Position numbers and translations under genes: made by a program. Below, one piece after another: positions 9,155-19,383 of a DNA stretch of 64,000 nt. This DNA is from a virus (lineage: Duplodnaviria > Caudoviricetes): positions 1 through 64,000 of the IMG/VR virus record IMGVR_UViG_3300037467_003067; one strand, given 5' to 3'. Below the pieces are notes generated by a model. That model searched no databases and had not been told where the DNA came from. It saw nothing but the letters and a program-made list of their open reading frames with translations. The stretch's first letter is position 1, and each line of letters starts with the position of its first letter.

Positions 9155-9661
9155 ATGGTGAAACGAAAAAGTTTTTATGAATTTATTGATAAGAAGTCGC
9201 GTGAGGGTCGTCGTCATCTCCACATCATTCGCGATGTACTGACCAAGCATGGGATGAAGGTCTCGGACTTCAGCGAAGCCAACGACAATGACGAACCCTA
9301 CATCTTCCTGCACAATCCCGAGAAGGAGTCATCTTTCCACGGTGTAAGGATTTATCAGATCGGGGAAGCTATCGCGTTTCGGATTCAGCGGGAGGAAAAG
9401 ACCCAACCTTACGGGACTGCCTACCCGCTGAAGATCCCTGATATGTTTGCCGACTTGGTCGAGGATATGAAAGAAGAAGAGGCAGGAAAGAAGGTCATGG
9501 AGTATATGTGTAAGGAACTCCAGAAATTCTTCGTATTGAGCAGCCGCGCCGAGAACGACCTCCCCGGATATGGACTAGGGTTGGTGGGCGATCCTATGGA
9601 CCAATTCATCGTCCGTTCTGGCGGAATCGATATCGCTCGCCAAGTCGGCAATAGCATCTGA
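9155..9661 (+). CDS. Hypothetical protein
   Basis: 168-aa ORF with GAGGA RBS; KSFYEFI near the N-terminus. Confidence 0.75.
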   Translation: MVKRKSFYEFIDKKSREGRRHLHIIRDVLTKHGMKVSDFSEANDNDEPYIFLHNPEKESSFHGVRIYQIGEAIAFRIQREEKTQPYGTAYPLKIPDMFADLVEDMKEEEAGKKVMEYMCKELQKFFVLSSRAENDLPGYGLGLVGDPMDQFIVRSGGIDIARQVGNSI

Positions 9662-9681
9662 CTCGGAGGCAAGGCTTACTT

Positions 9682-9984
9682 CTAGAGCAAGCCCTGCTCC
9701 CTCCATATCTTGTCCGCTTGCTCCATCGTCTCCCGGATGTTGTTCCGACCCACGGTGTTGTTGCTGTGGACCGCCCACGCGATCGGTCCCATCTCGCCAT
9801 CGTGGGCTTGGCGGATGATCCACTTCGCCACGTCATAGCCTGTCTTGCCTGGACCAAGATCATGGTCGAACGAAACCCTCTTGATCTTGCCCGATTTTAG
9901 CAACAAAATCGCTTCTTGCGCGGTCTTGGCGTGTACATCGTAGAGTCGAGGCATTTCCCGCACGTCGTCGATCCAGAGGTTCAT
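9682..9984 (-). CDS. Cyclic-phosphate-processing receiver-domain protein (cREC_REC-like)
   Basis: LWIDDVR, VSFDHDLG, TGYDVAKWI and VHSNNTVG motifs. Confidence 0.8.
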   Translation of the reverse strand: MNLWIDDVREMPRLYDVHAKTAQEAILLLKSGKIKRVSFDHDLGPGKTGYDVAKWIIRQAHDGEMGPIAWAVHSNNTVGRNNIRETMEQADKIWREQGLL

Positions 9985-10041
9985 AATTCAATCCCTTTCT
10001 GAAATTTTCAATTTCCATTCCCAAGCCATTATATACAGTTT

Positions 10042-10587
10042 GTGAGTACCGCACAACCTCAATCACCAGCGCAGCTTTCGCCACAAGCCAATCAGTTGGC
10101 AAATGCGACGCCAACCCTCTATCAGGGTCCTAATACGATTCAAAAAGGAAGTTTAATTGTTTTTCCATATTTATATTGGAAAAATGATCCAATGCCCTGT
10201 GTTTTGGTGTCGAGCGTTAATGGTTACGTACTCAAGGGCATTAACCTGCATTATCTGACGTTTACTTACATCAAGAAACTTCTGATGCCCAACGTCAACA
10301 ATCCTTCATTTTCATACTATAATATAAAGTCTGATCCATACATAACAAGTGCTTTTCGATCATATCTAGTTAGAGGAATTGCATTCGAAAAGTCTAGAGT
10401 TATTGACGCGAAGTTCTTACTCCAAATGATGACGCTCGCAAAATCTTTCGATCCGAATCAGATACGAGCGATTCGCCAGGAAATCGAAAGGCAATTGAGT
10501 CAGGGCATTGCTCAGCCGCAGGCAACCCCCACGAATCCTGCTTCGTTTGGAACTGATATGACGACGCAATCACCTCCAATTTCTTAA
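10042..10587 (+). CDS. DNA end protector protein (T4 gp2-like)
   Basis: DPMPCVL...GINLHYL...FRSYL pattern; GTG start. Confidence 0.6.
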   Translation: MSTAQPQSPAQLSPQANQLANATPTLYQGPNTIQKGSLIVFPYLYWKNDPMPCVLVSSVNGYVLKGINLHYLTFTYIKKLLMPNVNNPSFSYYNIKSDPYITSAFRSYLVRGIAFEKSRVIDAKFLLQMMTLAKSFDPNQIRAIRQEIERQLSQGIAQPQATPTNPASFGTDMTTQSPPIS

Positions 10588-10598
10588 AGTAGGTCTTA

Positions 10599-13500
10599 AT
10601 GCCTTACGATTCACTTGGTAGACAATCAGACTCATCTATATCCGCTAAAGACCTTCTGGGTCCTGTTGGTCCCAAGAAGATGACGGTCAGAGATGAGAAT
10701 ACCGAGGAATCCAAATTCACCAAGAAGATACTGGACGCCCTTGCAGAATTTGCTGATATTCTTGGACCATTGACTGCTGCTGTCAAGAAATTTGCCGACA
10801 AGGCGATCGATCAACACTCAACCGTCAGAGAAAGGCGACGAGGGCAGACCTCACATGGACGGTCGTTAAAAGACGGACTGGACATGAAGGGCATCGACAG
10901 GATGTTCAAAGACCAAGAGGAAGCTTTTGCCGACAACTTCGACAAGCTGGACAAGTTGGCAAAAGCCGGTCTGAAAAAAGGATCTATCTATACCCACGAC
11001 ACGCATACGGAACGATTGTCCCGGAAGATTGTCGATCAGCAGAGCGTGATGATCCAGCTTTTGGTCAATATGACCAAGTCGATGGGCAAGCTGGCGAATG
11101 ATACTTCTATCCCCACTGTCAATGTCGAAAGCATGGACGAACACGGCAATGCCCGCATGGTGGCTCGGTCGCTCGATGACTTGCTCTCCGACTCGACTCG
11201 GGAACAAGAGTCGGCTGCCCTTCGCCGTCAAGCATCCCAGCGAAGGCATGCCTTTGAAAAGAACGACCCCTTCGTCAAACTCCAGAGGATTTACGAACAG
11301 TTTTCCATCGACCCTTTCAGAGCTGCGCACCTGAGAACTCATGAATTAGCTTCAGGCATCATGCAACAAGGCGAATCGAATCCCATGAACCAGGGGGTAT
11401 TCGGTGGTGCCGGGTCTATCATGCAATCGCTTGAAAAATCGAATCAATATCAGAGGAATATTGCTGAAGTTGCCTACGCTACCCAAGGGATCACTCTTGA
11501 GACCTCCAAGCAACAGGCGATGTTCCGCGCCAACAATGAACTTAATGATATCGCGATCTCCAGCGGTCAAAATAAGGAAAAGGTCGAGGAACAATATCTC
11601 AAGGCGTTGAAACAAGGTTACAAGACCCAGAAGGACACGCTCAAGATAACCAAGACCGGTGCCAATCTCTCGACGATGTTGGGGTCGAATTTCGAGCAGA
11701 CCAGCGAGTTCGCCAATGAACTCCACATGGCTCTCGGCTTGACATCGGATTCGGTGGGTGAGATCGCACGGGGCATGAAGGCGACCGCGAGATCGTCCAA
11801 GATCAGTGGTGATGCTTTGATTGCTGCCGCCCAGAGTGCCAAGCCATTCCTGGAGTCGATGCGGAATGCCGGTAATCTCACAGCCGCGACCGCCAAGAAC
11901 ATGATCGCGATCCAGGCGAGCATGCATAAGTTTGGCGTTGCCGGAAATTTCCAAGACCTGTTCCAGGGGATGACAGGACCGAATGCGGTTATTGGGTCGT
12001 CCTTTGAAAACCAGGCGATGATGTCGATCATGGGCGGTCAACAAGGACTGATGCCGTTCCTGAATGGACAGATGGCAGGAGACCCTCAGAAGATGATGGA
12101 AGGCTGGAAGAATCTCAGCGATTACGTCGCTCAGGTTTCCGGCAAGTCGCTTTCTGATATGGTCAAGATGTCGGAAGAGGATTTCAGCGAATTCGTTAAC
12201 CAGAACTGGCAGATTAACCTTGCTCTCAAAGGTCAGGTCGGCAAGGAGATGGGCGAATTGCGGAAGGGCTTCCAGGCGATCACCGAGTCTTCCAAGACGT
12301 TCGACATGAAGATGATGGACATCAACAAGCAACTCGCGAGTGCGGCGACCACCGACGAAGAGCGGGTCAAGCTGATGAACCAGCAGACCGACTTGATGCA
12401 GGAGCAACGGGGCAATATTGCCTCCCGTGCTGCCTCGGCGTTCGAAGGCGTGACCACGCTGGAAGAAGGGCTGGCTAAACTTAAGGGCAACAACCAGACC
12501 ATGAGGGAATTATCGTCGGCTGCGAAGGGCGGATTGTTCGGAAAGGACTTCAATCCGGACAAGTTGCTCGGCGACGAAGGTCTCAAGGAAGCCCTGAGGA
12601 AGTCGTTCGTCGATAGTGCAAAACAGAGTGCCGACGTGCTTTCCAAGAGTACAGATATTATGGATGATAGATTTATCATCAAGAATGCGGGCGGCAAGTT
12701 CGATGAGGCACTCAAGACCGGCAATATCCAGGAACTCGCCAAGCTGGAGAAGCAACTCGGTGAGGCGCAGGAAGCGGCGGAAGGGGCGAACATGGCTGAG
12801 ACTGACCCGGCACGCGCCGCCGCCAAGGGAATCAACTCCCTCAACAGTGCGTTCGCCACCTACGCCTCAAGTGCCTTGATGTACCTGAAGTTGATCGCTG
12901 GTGCAGATTTGATCCAAGGGGTCGGGCTTGCGTCCTTGATTACCCGAGTGATCTCTGCGACCGGTATCAGACCGGAAGACATTGCCTCGGCATTCAATAA
13001 GTTCGACAAGGTCTTCGGCAACGGTAAATTAGCTTCGGTCATCAAGGGGGTCGGCTCCGGACTGAATGAGGGCTTGGGCTTGGGGAAAGCGGCTAGTGCT
13101 GTCGGTGGACGTGCCAGGAATGTAGGAGGTCGTGCCTTAGATGCTGCGACTGTCGCTAGTGGTGCTGGAATTAACTATATTGATGATATTCTTGGCATTA
13201 ATACCAGAGGAATTGCGGGCAAAGCAGGTGATATTGGAAAGGGACTTTTTGGTAAAGGTAAAGGATTTGCTAAGAAGATGTCCGACTTCGGAGGCGAGGT
13301 TATTTCCCGAGGCTTGGGGGAGAATATCTTTCGTTTTGCCCGAGCCCAAGAGAAGATTCCTCTTTGGGGAGGTTTTGCTAAGAAATTCGGAGGTGGTGCT
13401 GAAGTTGCCAAGCAAACGGCAGCATTTCTTAGAAATCAAGGCGGCGTAATGGGAGCTGCTAGGGCAACCGGTTCGCTTACATCGGGAGCTACCTTGATGG

Positions 13501-15053
13501 GCGAAGCCGGGGCAGCAGCTTCGGGGGGCATGCTCGCTAAGGTTGCGACCAAGGCGGCTTTGCCTTTGATGCTGCTGACGACCTCTCTTGAGGCGATGGG
13601 TCAAGCTTTCAAGACCAGTGAGAGGGCAGCGGAAATCTTCGAAACCGCTGTGAGCGATGTGGGACATGCTCAGCGGATGGCAGCAGAGAATGCCGGGTTC
13701 TTGACCGGGGTTCTTAACACCCTAACCTTCGGCATCTTCTCGCATTGGATCGGCGCTACCGGATCGATCACCGACTCACTCGCCAGGTTTCTCAATCAGT
13801 TCCAGTTGTTGAATGTTGCCCTCAGCGTCCTCATGATCCCCCTCAAAGTCGTATACGGCGTTTTCTGGGGTCTTGCGGCAGCCTTGGGCGAGATATTCAA
13901 GGGAATCTGGGAAGGTATCAAGCAGATCATAGAGCCGTTTGGAGATGCCTTGTCGGCGATCTGGGATGGCATGAAGGAGCTTTGGGCTGTTGTGGTTGAT
14001 GTATTTTCGCCGCTCAAGGAAGTCTTCGGAGAGTTCGGCGAGGGCATTTCCATTGTTGATGCCTTGATTGGTGGGTTGCGTGGAGTCGGCATGGTCATCG
14101 GCTGGCTTCTCAAGATGACCGGTTGGCTGATTTCGACCCCGTTTAGGGCGTTGGCGTTGGGTCTCAAGGGAGCAATCATGCTCATCGTCGGGTTGGCAAA
14201 AGTCGTCGGCGCGGTCTTGAAGCCGTTTGTTACCCTGGTCTCGAAAGTCATTGGTACGGTGGTCGATTTCTTCGGAATCCTGTGGAAGATTGTTTCCGGA
14301 TTCTTCACGCTCGATATCAAGAAATTCGGCAGTGGTATCATAGACATGTTTAAATTGGCAGTTAGGAATCTGCCGGGTGTCTTGACCACGGCATTCGGCT
14401 ATTTGGCAAGCAGTGTGCTTTCGATATTCACCAGCCTGGCAAGTTCGATTAGCGGAATCTTTGGCTCTGTGATCAACTGGATATCCAATCTTCCCTTGAT
14501 CAAGCAAGCCCTCGGTGCGGCGAATATGGTTTCCGGAGCAGTTGGCGGCGCGTGGAATTGGGCTAAGGAAAAGATCTTCGGCTTCGCATCTGGTGGTGCG
14601 ATCACGGAATCCGGACTCGCCATGATCCACGCAGGTGAATTGGTCATTCCTAAGGATCATGCCAATGACATCATGCTTGCCCACGGAGAACCGGTCCAGT
14701 TCGGAGGCAAGGGGGGGTTCGGCGAAATCAATGCTCGACCTCTTACAGATATTCAGACCCAAGTTGAGCAGGAATATGCTAGCAGTGGTCCGGCGACCGC
14801 TTCGGTGTCGAGTGCGGAGTTGAGCATGATCGCCACCCTGACCCAGAATCAGTTGACGATCATGACCGAGCAGTTGAGTGAATTGCGGGATATCAAGTCG
14901 TACCTGGCACCTGGTGCTGGGTCGAATGCTCAATCGGCAGGATCATCTAGGTCGAATACAAAACCACCCAATAGTCCCAATTATTACAACTTGTCGTTTG
15001 GCGGTTACGGCGGCAATGCCAGTAAGGGCATCGTGAATGATGGTGTAACTTGA
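10599..15053 (+). CDS. Tail tape measure protein
   Basis: 1484 aa, Ala/Gly-rich helical, long hydrophobic repeat region, FASGG...MIHAGELVIP motif; directly upstream of baseplate genes. Confidence 0.88.
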   Translation: MPYDSLGRQSDSSISAKDLLGPVGPKKMTVRDENTEESKFTKKILDALAEFADILGPLTAAVKKFADKAIDQHSTVRERRRGQTSHGRSLKDGLDMKGIDRMFKDQEEAFADNFDKLDKLAKAGLKKGSIYTHDTHTERLSRKIVDQQSVMIQLLVNMTKSMGKLANDTSIPTVNVESMDEHGNARMVARSLDDLLSDSTREQESAALRRQASQRRHAFEKNDPFVKLQRIYEQFSIDPFRAAHLRTHELASGIMQQGESNPMNQGVFGGAGSIMQSLEKSNQYQRNIAEVAYATQGITLETSKQQAMFRANNELNDIAISSGQNKEKVEEQYLKALKQGYKTQKDTLKITKTGANLSTMLGSNFEQTSEFANELHMALGLTSDSVGEIARGMKATARSSKISGDALIAAAQSAKPFLESMRNAGNLTAATAKNMIAIQASMHKFGVAGNFQDLFQGMTGPNAVIGSSFENQAMMSIMGGQQGLMPFLNGQMAGDPQKMMEGWKNLSDYVAQVSGKSLSDMVKMSEEDFSEFVNQNWQINLALKGQVGKEMGELRKGFQAITESSKTFDMKMMDINKQLASAATTDEERVKLMNQQTDLMQEQRGNIASRAASAFEGVTTLEEGLAKLKGNNQTMRELSSAAKGGLFGKDFNPDKLLGDEGLKEALRKSFVDSAKQSADVLSKSTDIMDDRFIIKNAGGKFDEALKTGNIQELAKLEKQLGEAQEAAEGANMAETDPARAAAKGINSLNSAFATYASSALMYLKLIAGADLIQGVGLASLITRVISATGIRPEDIASAFNKFDKVFGNGKLASVIKGVGSGLNEGLGLGKAASAVGGRARNVGGRALDAATVASGAGINYIDDILGINTRGIAGKAGDIGKGLFGKGKGFAKKMSDFGGEVISRGLGENIFRFARAQEKIPLWGGFAKKFGGGAEVAKQTAAFLRNQGGVMGAARATGSLTSGATLMGEAGAAASGGMLAKVATKAALPLMLLTTSLEAMGQAFKTSERAAEIFETAVSDVGHAQRMAAENAGFLTGVLNTLTFGIFSHWIGATGSITDSLARFLNQFQLLNVALSVLMIPLKVVYGVFWGLAAALGEIFKGIWEGIKQIIEPFGDALSAIWDGMKELWAVVVDVFSPLKEVFGEFGEGISIVDALIGGLRGVGMVIGWLLKMTGWLISTPFRALALGLKGAIMLIVGLAKVVGAVLKPFVTLVSKVIGTVVDFFGILWKIVSGFFTLDIKKFGSGIIDMFKLAVRNLPGVLTTAFGYLASSVLSIFTSLASSISGIFGSVINWISNLPLIKQALGAANMVSGAVGGAWNWAKEKIFGFASGGAITESGLAMIHAGELVIPKDHANDIMLAHGEPVQFGGKGGFGEINARPLTDIQTQVEQEYASSGPATASVSSAELSMIATLTQNQLTIMTEQLSELRDIKSYLAPGAGSNAQSAGSSRSNTKPPNSPNYYNLSFGGYGGNASKGIVNDGVT

Positions 15054-15079
15054 TCTTAACTTAATGATAAAGGCATTTA

Positions 15080-15616
15080 ATGATAGGTACAAACTCTAAT
15101 GGTGGTTTGGTAAATATTCCTAATTGCACCATTTCTGTTCCCGGTGCCAAGACGATTTACCTTAACGCCCTTCCCGACATTTCCGATACCAAGCAGGCGA
15201 CCTATAACGACGAACCGATCATCGGCAGGAGCTTTCCGCTCAAGACCTATTCCCACTCCGATAATCGCGCCATAAGTATGACTTTGCACTTCTATTTGAT
15301 AGAACCGGCAGATGTTGATGCCAGGCTCTCCGACATGCGGGCGATCGAGAGCGCGGTATATCCTCGCGTCGATGGCATCGGCGCTCCCTTCATCCCGCCG
15401 CCCGTGTGCCAGATACAGTGCGGGCGGCTCTTGGGGGACAATCCCGTCTGTGCGGTCCTGAAGAATTATAGCGTTCGCTACCCGACCGATGTGGTCTGGG
15501 TCGAATACAGCGATACTTATTTACCTGTGAAGTGGGACGTGGAAACTCAGTGGGACGTGATCTACCGGAGTGATCAATTACCAGGGCAGGACAAGATATT
15601 CAGGAGCGGTTTATAA
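15080..15616 (+). CDS. Baseplate tube-initiator (gp48/gp54, P2 gpU-like)
   Basis: IIGRSFPLKTYSHS..R.ISM, PPPVCQIQCG; position after the tape measure. Confidence 0.7.
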   Translation: MIGTNSNGGLVNIPNCTISVPGAKTIYLNALPDISDTKQATYNDEPIIGRSFPLKTYSHSDNRAISMTLHFYLIEPADVDARLSDMRAIESAVYPRVDGIGAPFIPPPVCQIQCGRLLGDNPVCAVLKNYSVRYPTDVVWVEYSDTYLPVKWDVETQWDVIYRSDQLPGQDKIFRSGL

Positions 15617-15942
15617 TGGCAAATTACATTGAAAATGCGAATATCAATGCCGACCGGTTCGTGACCAAGACGAGCCGTTACGCTGACTCGACCGTCTATT
15701 ATTATTCGGAAAATAAGTTCATTACCTTCGAGACTTATAAGCGAAATATTAATGACCCAGCATCAGATGACATGTACATGGTCATCACCAAATCGAGGGA
15801 ATATCGTCCCGACTTAGTCTCGAATGCTGTCTATGGCGACCCAGACTTCTGGTGGAAGATCATGGAAGTCAATGGCATGAAAGACATCTTCGACTTCAAA
15901 GCTGGTGCCAATATTCGCTTGCCCAGAAACATTTACGTTTGA
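15616..15942 (+). CDS. Baseplate wedge gp53-like LysM protein
   Basis: YRPDLVSNAVYGDPDFWWKIMEVN. Confidence 0.85.
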   Translation: MANYIENANINADRFVTKTSRYADSTVYYYSENKFITFETYKRNINDPASDDMYMVITKSREYRPDLVSNAVYGDPDFWWKIMEVNGMKDIFDFKAGANIRLPRNIYV

Positions 15943-15959
15943 TTTAATTAAGGACCGAT

Positions 15960-17417
15960 ATGGCGTGTAATCTCGTTGGTTGTATGACCAAATATAGGTG
16001 CGGCGAGCTCAAGTTGCCGGTGGTAGGGACCAACCTCGCTCCGTTCGTCCATCTGTGGATTCAGGGATCGGACTTCGATATCACCGTGGGCAATAGCTCC
16101 GATCCCAACCACGGTAATCAAGCCGTCATCAAGTCATTTCAATTTGGCGGGTCTAATGGTGCCGGTATAGAGGTTGAGATTCATGATGAACAGGGGAGCA
16201 ACTTCGAAGCCTTCATGTCTCGCCTGAACAAGTCAATCAACAATGCCCAGAAGGATTATCGCATGGTAGTTCAGTGGGGGTGGATCGACCGTGCTTGTGG
16301 TGCCAATACCGGACAAATTGTATCCCAATCGGAGCAATTCACGTTCATCCCGATTCATGTCGAGGCGAGTTTTTCCGAGGGCAAGATCAGATATAAATTG
16401 GTCGGGACCAGTTTACTTGAGGTGGTCTTTGCGGCACGCGAGGCTGTCATACATGGAAGCGATGACAACAAGATCAGCCTCAAGGACGCGATCAGGAAGA
16501 TGTTCCGCACCGGACCTCCTGTTATCAATAACATCCGTTTCTTGCGAATCAATGCTGACGGAACTACATCAGAGTGGGGATTCAAGCAGAAGGACGGAGG
16601 CTTTAATGGACCGGTTCAGAAGTGGGAAAGCGACCAACAAAACAAGCTCTCAGCGGCGATGAAGTGGATCGAGCCTTTCTCGACCGACCGGGATAAAGGT
16701 GTGGTTGCAGTCTGGAATCCGGCTGTCCCCGGTGGAGAAGTCATCTTTTACGAAGATCCGGCTCCCAAGTGCGGTGAAAGTATCGATTGGTGCTCAAGGA
16801 CGATCGGAACATATAGTGTAAATTCCGGGTTGTGCAGCCCTGTCCTTTCCTTCACGCCTTCGGCGAAATGGGTCTATGACGCGATCAGCCGTTCTGGCGG
16901 TAAGACCGGAGTGACCTCGGGAAAGAATGATGCGAGGAAAGGGCGACCGGGCTGTAACATCGGGCAGACTGGCGCTGGCACGATGACATCGACCCCGTTC
17001 TCCACGGCTCAGATCGATCAAAACGGCTTCGGAGCGATGGAAGAATATATGGATTCACAGGCAAATCACGAATTTGCCAACAAGCGGGTTTACTCCATGG
17101 AAGGCGAGCTTCGAATCCAGGGCGATCCTTCTCTCGCTGGTCCCCTGAAGATTTACGGCAAGACCGTTTCCATCATCGTGATCAGTCCGTTCCACATAGA
17201 ACAATCAGGCTATTGCGGCGATTGGTTAGCGAAACCAGGATGTCATCCGGTTTACTCTAATAAAGCGTGGTGGCTCAGGGGAGTCGACCATATGATCAAG
17301 GAAGGTTCTTATGTAACTACCTTTAAAGTTGCGTTGAGCGCGCCGGGAAGCGACGTCGATGACGACACGCCGTTCGGTGGCTTGAATTCCGGGGGATGGG
17401 TAGGAGCTAACGACTAA
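15960..17417 (+). CDS. Baseplate hub protein (gp27/gpD-like)
   Basis: Position; VQWGW; LRIQGDP; GVDHMIKEGSYVTTF C-terminus. Confidence 0.7.
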   Translation: MACNLVGCMTKYRCGELKLPVVGTNLAPFVHLWIQGSDFDITVGNSSDPNHGNQAVIKSFQFGGSNGAGIEVEIHDEQGSNFEAFMSRLNKSINNAQKDYRMVVQWGWIDRACGANTGQIVSQSEQFTFIPIHVEASFSEGKIRYKLVGTSLLEVVFAAREAVIHGSDDNKISLKDAIRKMFRTGPPVINNIRFLRINADGTTSEWGFKQKDGGFNGPVQKWESDQQNKLSAAMKWIEPFSTDRDKGVVAVWNPAVPGGEVIFYEDPAPKCGESIDWCSRTIGTYSVNSGLCSPVLSFTPSAKWVYDAISRSGGKTGVTSGKNDARKGRPGCNIGQTGAGTMTSTPFSTAQIDQNGFGAMEEYMDSQANHEFANKRVYSMEGELRIQGDPSLAGPLKIYGKTVSIIVISPFHIEQSGYCGDWLAKPGCHPVYSNKAWWLRGVDHMIKEGSYVTTFKVALSAPGSDVDDDTPFGGLNSGGWVGAND

Positions 17418-17425
17418 GGAGAAAT

Positions 17426-19369
17426 ATGCCCAGCATAGTTGACAAATTAGCTGACACAGAGGAAAGAGTCAGAGTTCTTGAAGAACGATTTGCCGAGCTT
17501 GGTTTTGATATGCGAGGTATCGTCGCATCTGAGGTCAAGAAGAAGTGGAAGATCGAGCCGCAGGCGAATACCATGTATGGTCTCACGACCGCGATGTGCG
17601 TCGATACGATTGACCCTTGGAAGCAGAATCGAGTCCGTTTTTTCACACCGCTCCTTCACGACCCATCAATGCCGGTCAAGGCGATGCCGTTTGCCTTCCC
17701 GGTTTCGAACATGGGCGGGTTCGATGATTGCGGCATGACTTGGGTTCCCCCGGCTGGTTCAACTCTCTGTATTCTTTATGAACAAGGGTCCAGAGCTGCT
17801 CCGTTCTACATCGGTACTACCTGGCACCGCGATCGTGGTCCTGCCGGTCAGCATAATTGGAATTATCCTATCCAGGAATATTACGACATTTACGAAGGTC
17901 ACCGTAAGGGATACTTAGTCGGTCCCGATGACGAGTCTCAGGTCTTCCCTCCCTGGAATACGTCGAACTACAACGGTAACGACATCGACAGTCAAGCAGA
18001 GTTTGATAATGACCCCGAAGCGCAGAAGAAGATCACCTATCCCCACGAATACGGCTTCAAGACGCCCGAGAAGGCGATGTGGCACGTGGACGATGGCAAT
18101 GCCCGCTGTAATCGTCGCTGGAAGCGGATGGAGCTACAGTCGGGCTGTGGTAATTACATGCTCTTCAAGGACGACCACATTCATCCTGCGGGTCAATGGG
18201 CTCATCCGTCCTGCGGCGTCGGTGGCGGCGATCTGAGCAACTGTGCTGAAGACAATCAGAATGAGGATTGCCAAGACCCGAGCAGCAAACCCAAGGGGGC
18301 GAATCCCTTCTTTAAGCACGCCAATGAGTGCAGACCCATTAAGGGACCGGGGACTCCGCAGAATAACAAGGTCGCCCTTGACCAGAGCGGGATTCAACTC
18401 CTCTCGATCAGCGGTCACACAATGATCATGGATGACTCAGTGGAAGAGCCGAGGGGGATTCCGAATTGGGAACGATCGCTTGAATCATTCGATTTCGGAT
18501 GTACAGACAAGTACACAGGCAAGTTTACACTCAAGAGTTGCACCGGGCATTTGATCGAGATGAGCGATGTCGAAGAAGACAGTTATTTGCGTGGCGACCA
18601 GAACTACATCAAGCTTCTGACGGCGTGTGGCAATCGGATCGAGATGAACGACCATACGGTCGGCGGTCCAGGATGTAAAGGTTGCCCACCCAATCTCGCG
18701 GGCAGCAAGCGTGGGATCACGATGGAGACCACGTCGAAGCACATCATTCGCGCGATCGACGAGGACAATGAGCAGTGCGGACCTTGCCGTGCCGAGGGCG
18801 GCGAACCAGTCAACAAAGCCAAAAATGCTTATATACAAATAAGAAGTGGTTATGGGCTTGAGATGCTCTTCAGGGACGATCATTCTCAGGAAGAGACTCA
18901 GCAGCAGTTCATTCGGATCATGGCACCTCAGATCGATAATACGGAACGCGGACCGCATTTTGAACTATTCCAGGAGGCTCCGTCGGGACCAGGCTTGGTT
19001 TTCTTGCGGGTGGGGGGTAACTATGTTATTCAGACTTATGACAATATGTTTGAAATCGTCGGAGATCCTGATAAGAATCCTTCTGATAAGCTTCTCAGCA
19101 TATCGAAACAATATATCATAGAGACTAAGAAACTTCATTATCACAAGGCAGAAATGCACATTTTGGCGGCTGAAAAACAGATTATCCTGATGGGTGAATC
19201 GGACCGAAAGGATTGCTCCAAGGATGGTAAACCTGGACCATGCATCTACAATGTGGTTATCAATCGGTGTCCAGAACAATGTCCGCTGACTGGTTTTATG
19301 CATTTCCAGCCCGGCAAGTCGACCAGCGAAAGCGTATTCGCCTCGGGTCATAGTGGTTGTGGCGATTAA
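17426..19369 (+). CDS. Baseplate central spike (gp5/VgrG-like)
   Basis: OB-fold DPWKQNRVR, VPPAGS...EQG...PFYIG; SGH/TGH beta-helix repeats. Confidence 0.85.
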   Translation: MPSIVDKLADTEERVRVLEERFAELGFDMRGIVASEVKKKWKIEPQANTMYGLTTAMCVDTIDPWKQNRVRFFTPLLHDPSMPVKAMPFAFPVSNMGGFDDCGMTWVPPAGSTLCILYEQGSRAAPFYIGTTWHRDRGPAGQHNWNYPIQEYYDIYEGHRKGYLVGPDDESQVFPPWNTSNYNGNDIDSQAEFDNDPEAQKKITYPHEYGFKTPEKAMWHVDDGNARCNRRWKRMELQSGCGNYMLFKDDHIHPAGQWAHPSCGVGGGDLSNCAEDNQNEDCQDPSSKPKGANPFFKHANECRPIKGPGTPQNNKVALDQSGIQLLSISGHTMIMDDSVEEPRGIPNWERSLESFDFGCTDKYTGKFTLKSCTGHLIEMSDVEEDSYLRGDQNYIKLLTACGNRIEMNDHTVGGPGCKGCPPNLAGSKRGITMETTSKHIIRAIDEDNEQCGPCRAEGGEPVNKAKNAYIQIRSGYGLEMLFRDDHSQEETQQQFIRIMAPQIDNTERGPHFELFQEAPSGPGLVFLRVGGNYVIQTYDNMFEIVGDPDKNPSDKLLSISKQYIIETKKLHYHKAEMHILAAEKQIILMGESDRKDCSKDGKPGPCIYNVVINRCPEQCPLTGFMHFQPGKSTSESVFASGHSGCGD

Positions 19370-19383
19370 AAATAGGAGTTCAG

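Noticed and set aside
11352-14933. Long antisense ORFs (351 and 385 aa) opposite the tape measure, and similar shadows elsewhere
   Set aside because: Expected shadows of codon bias; no motifs or RBS
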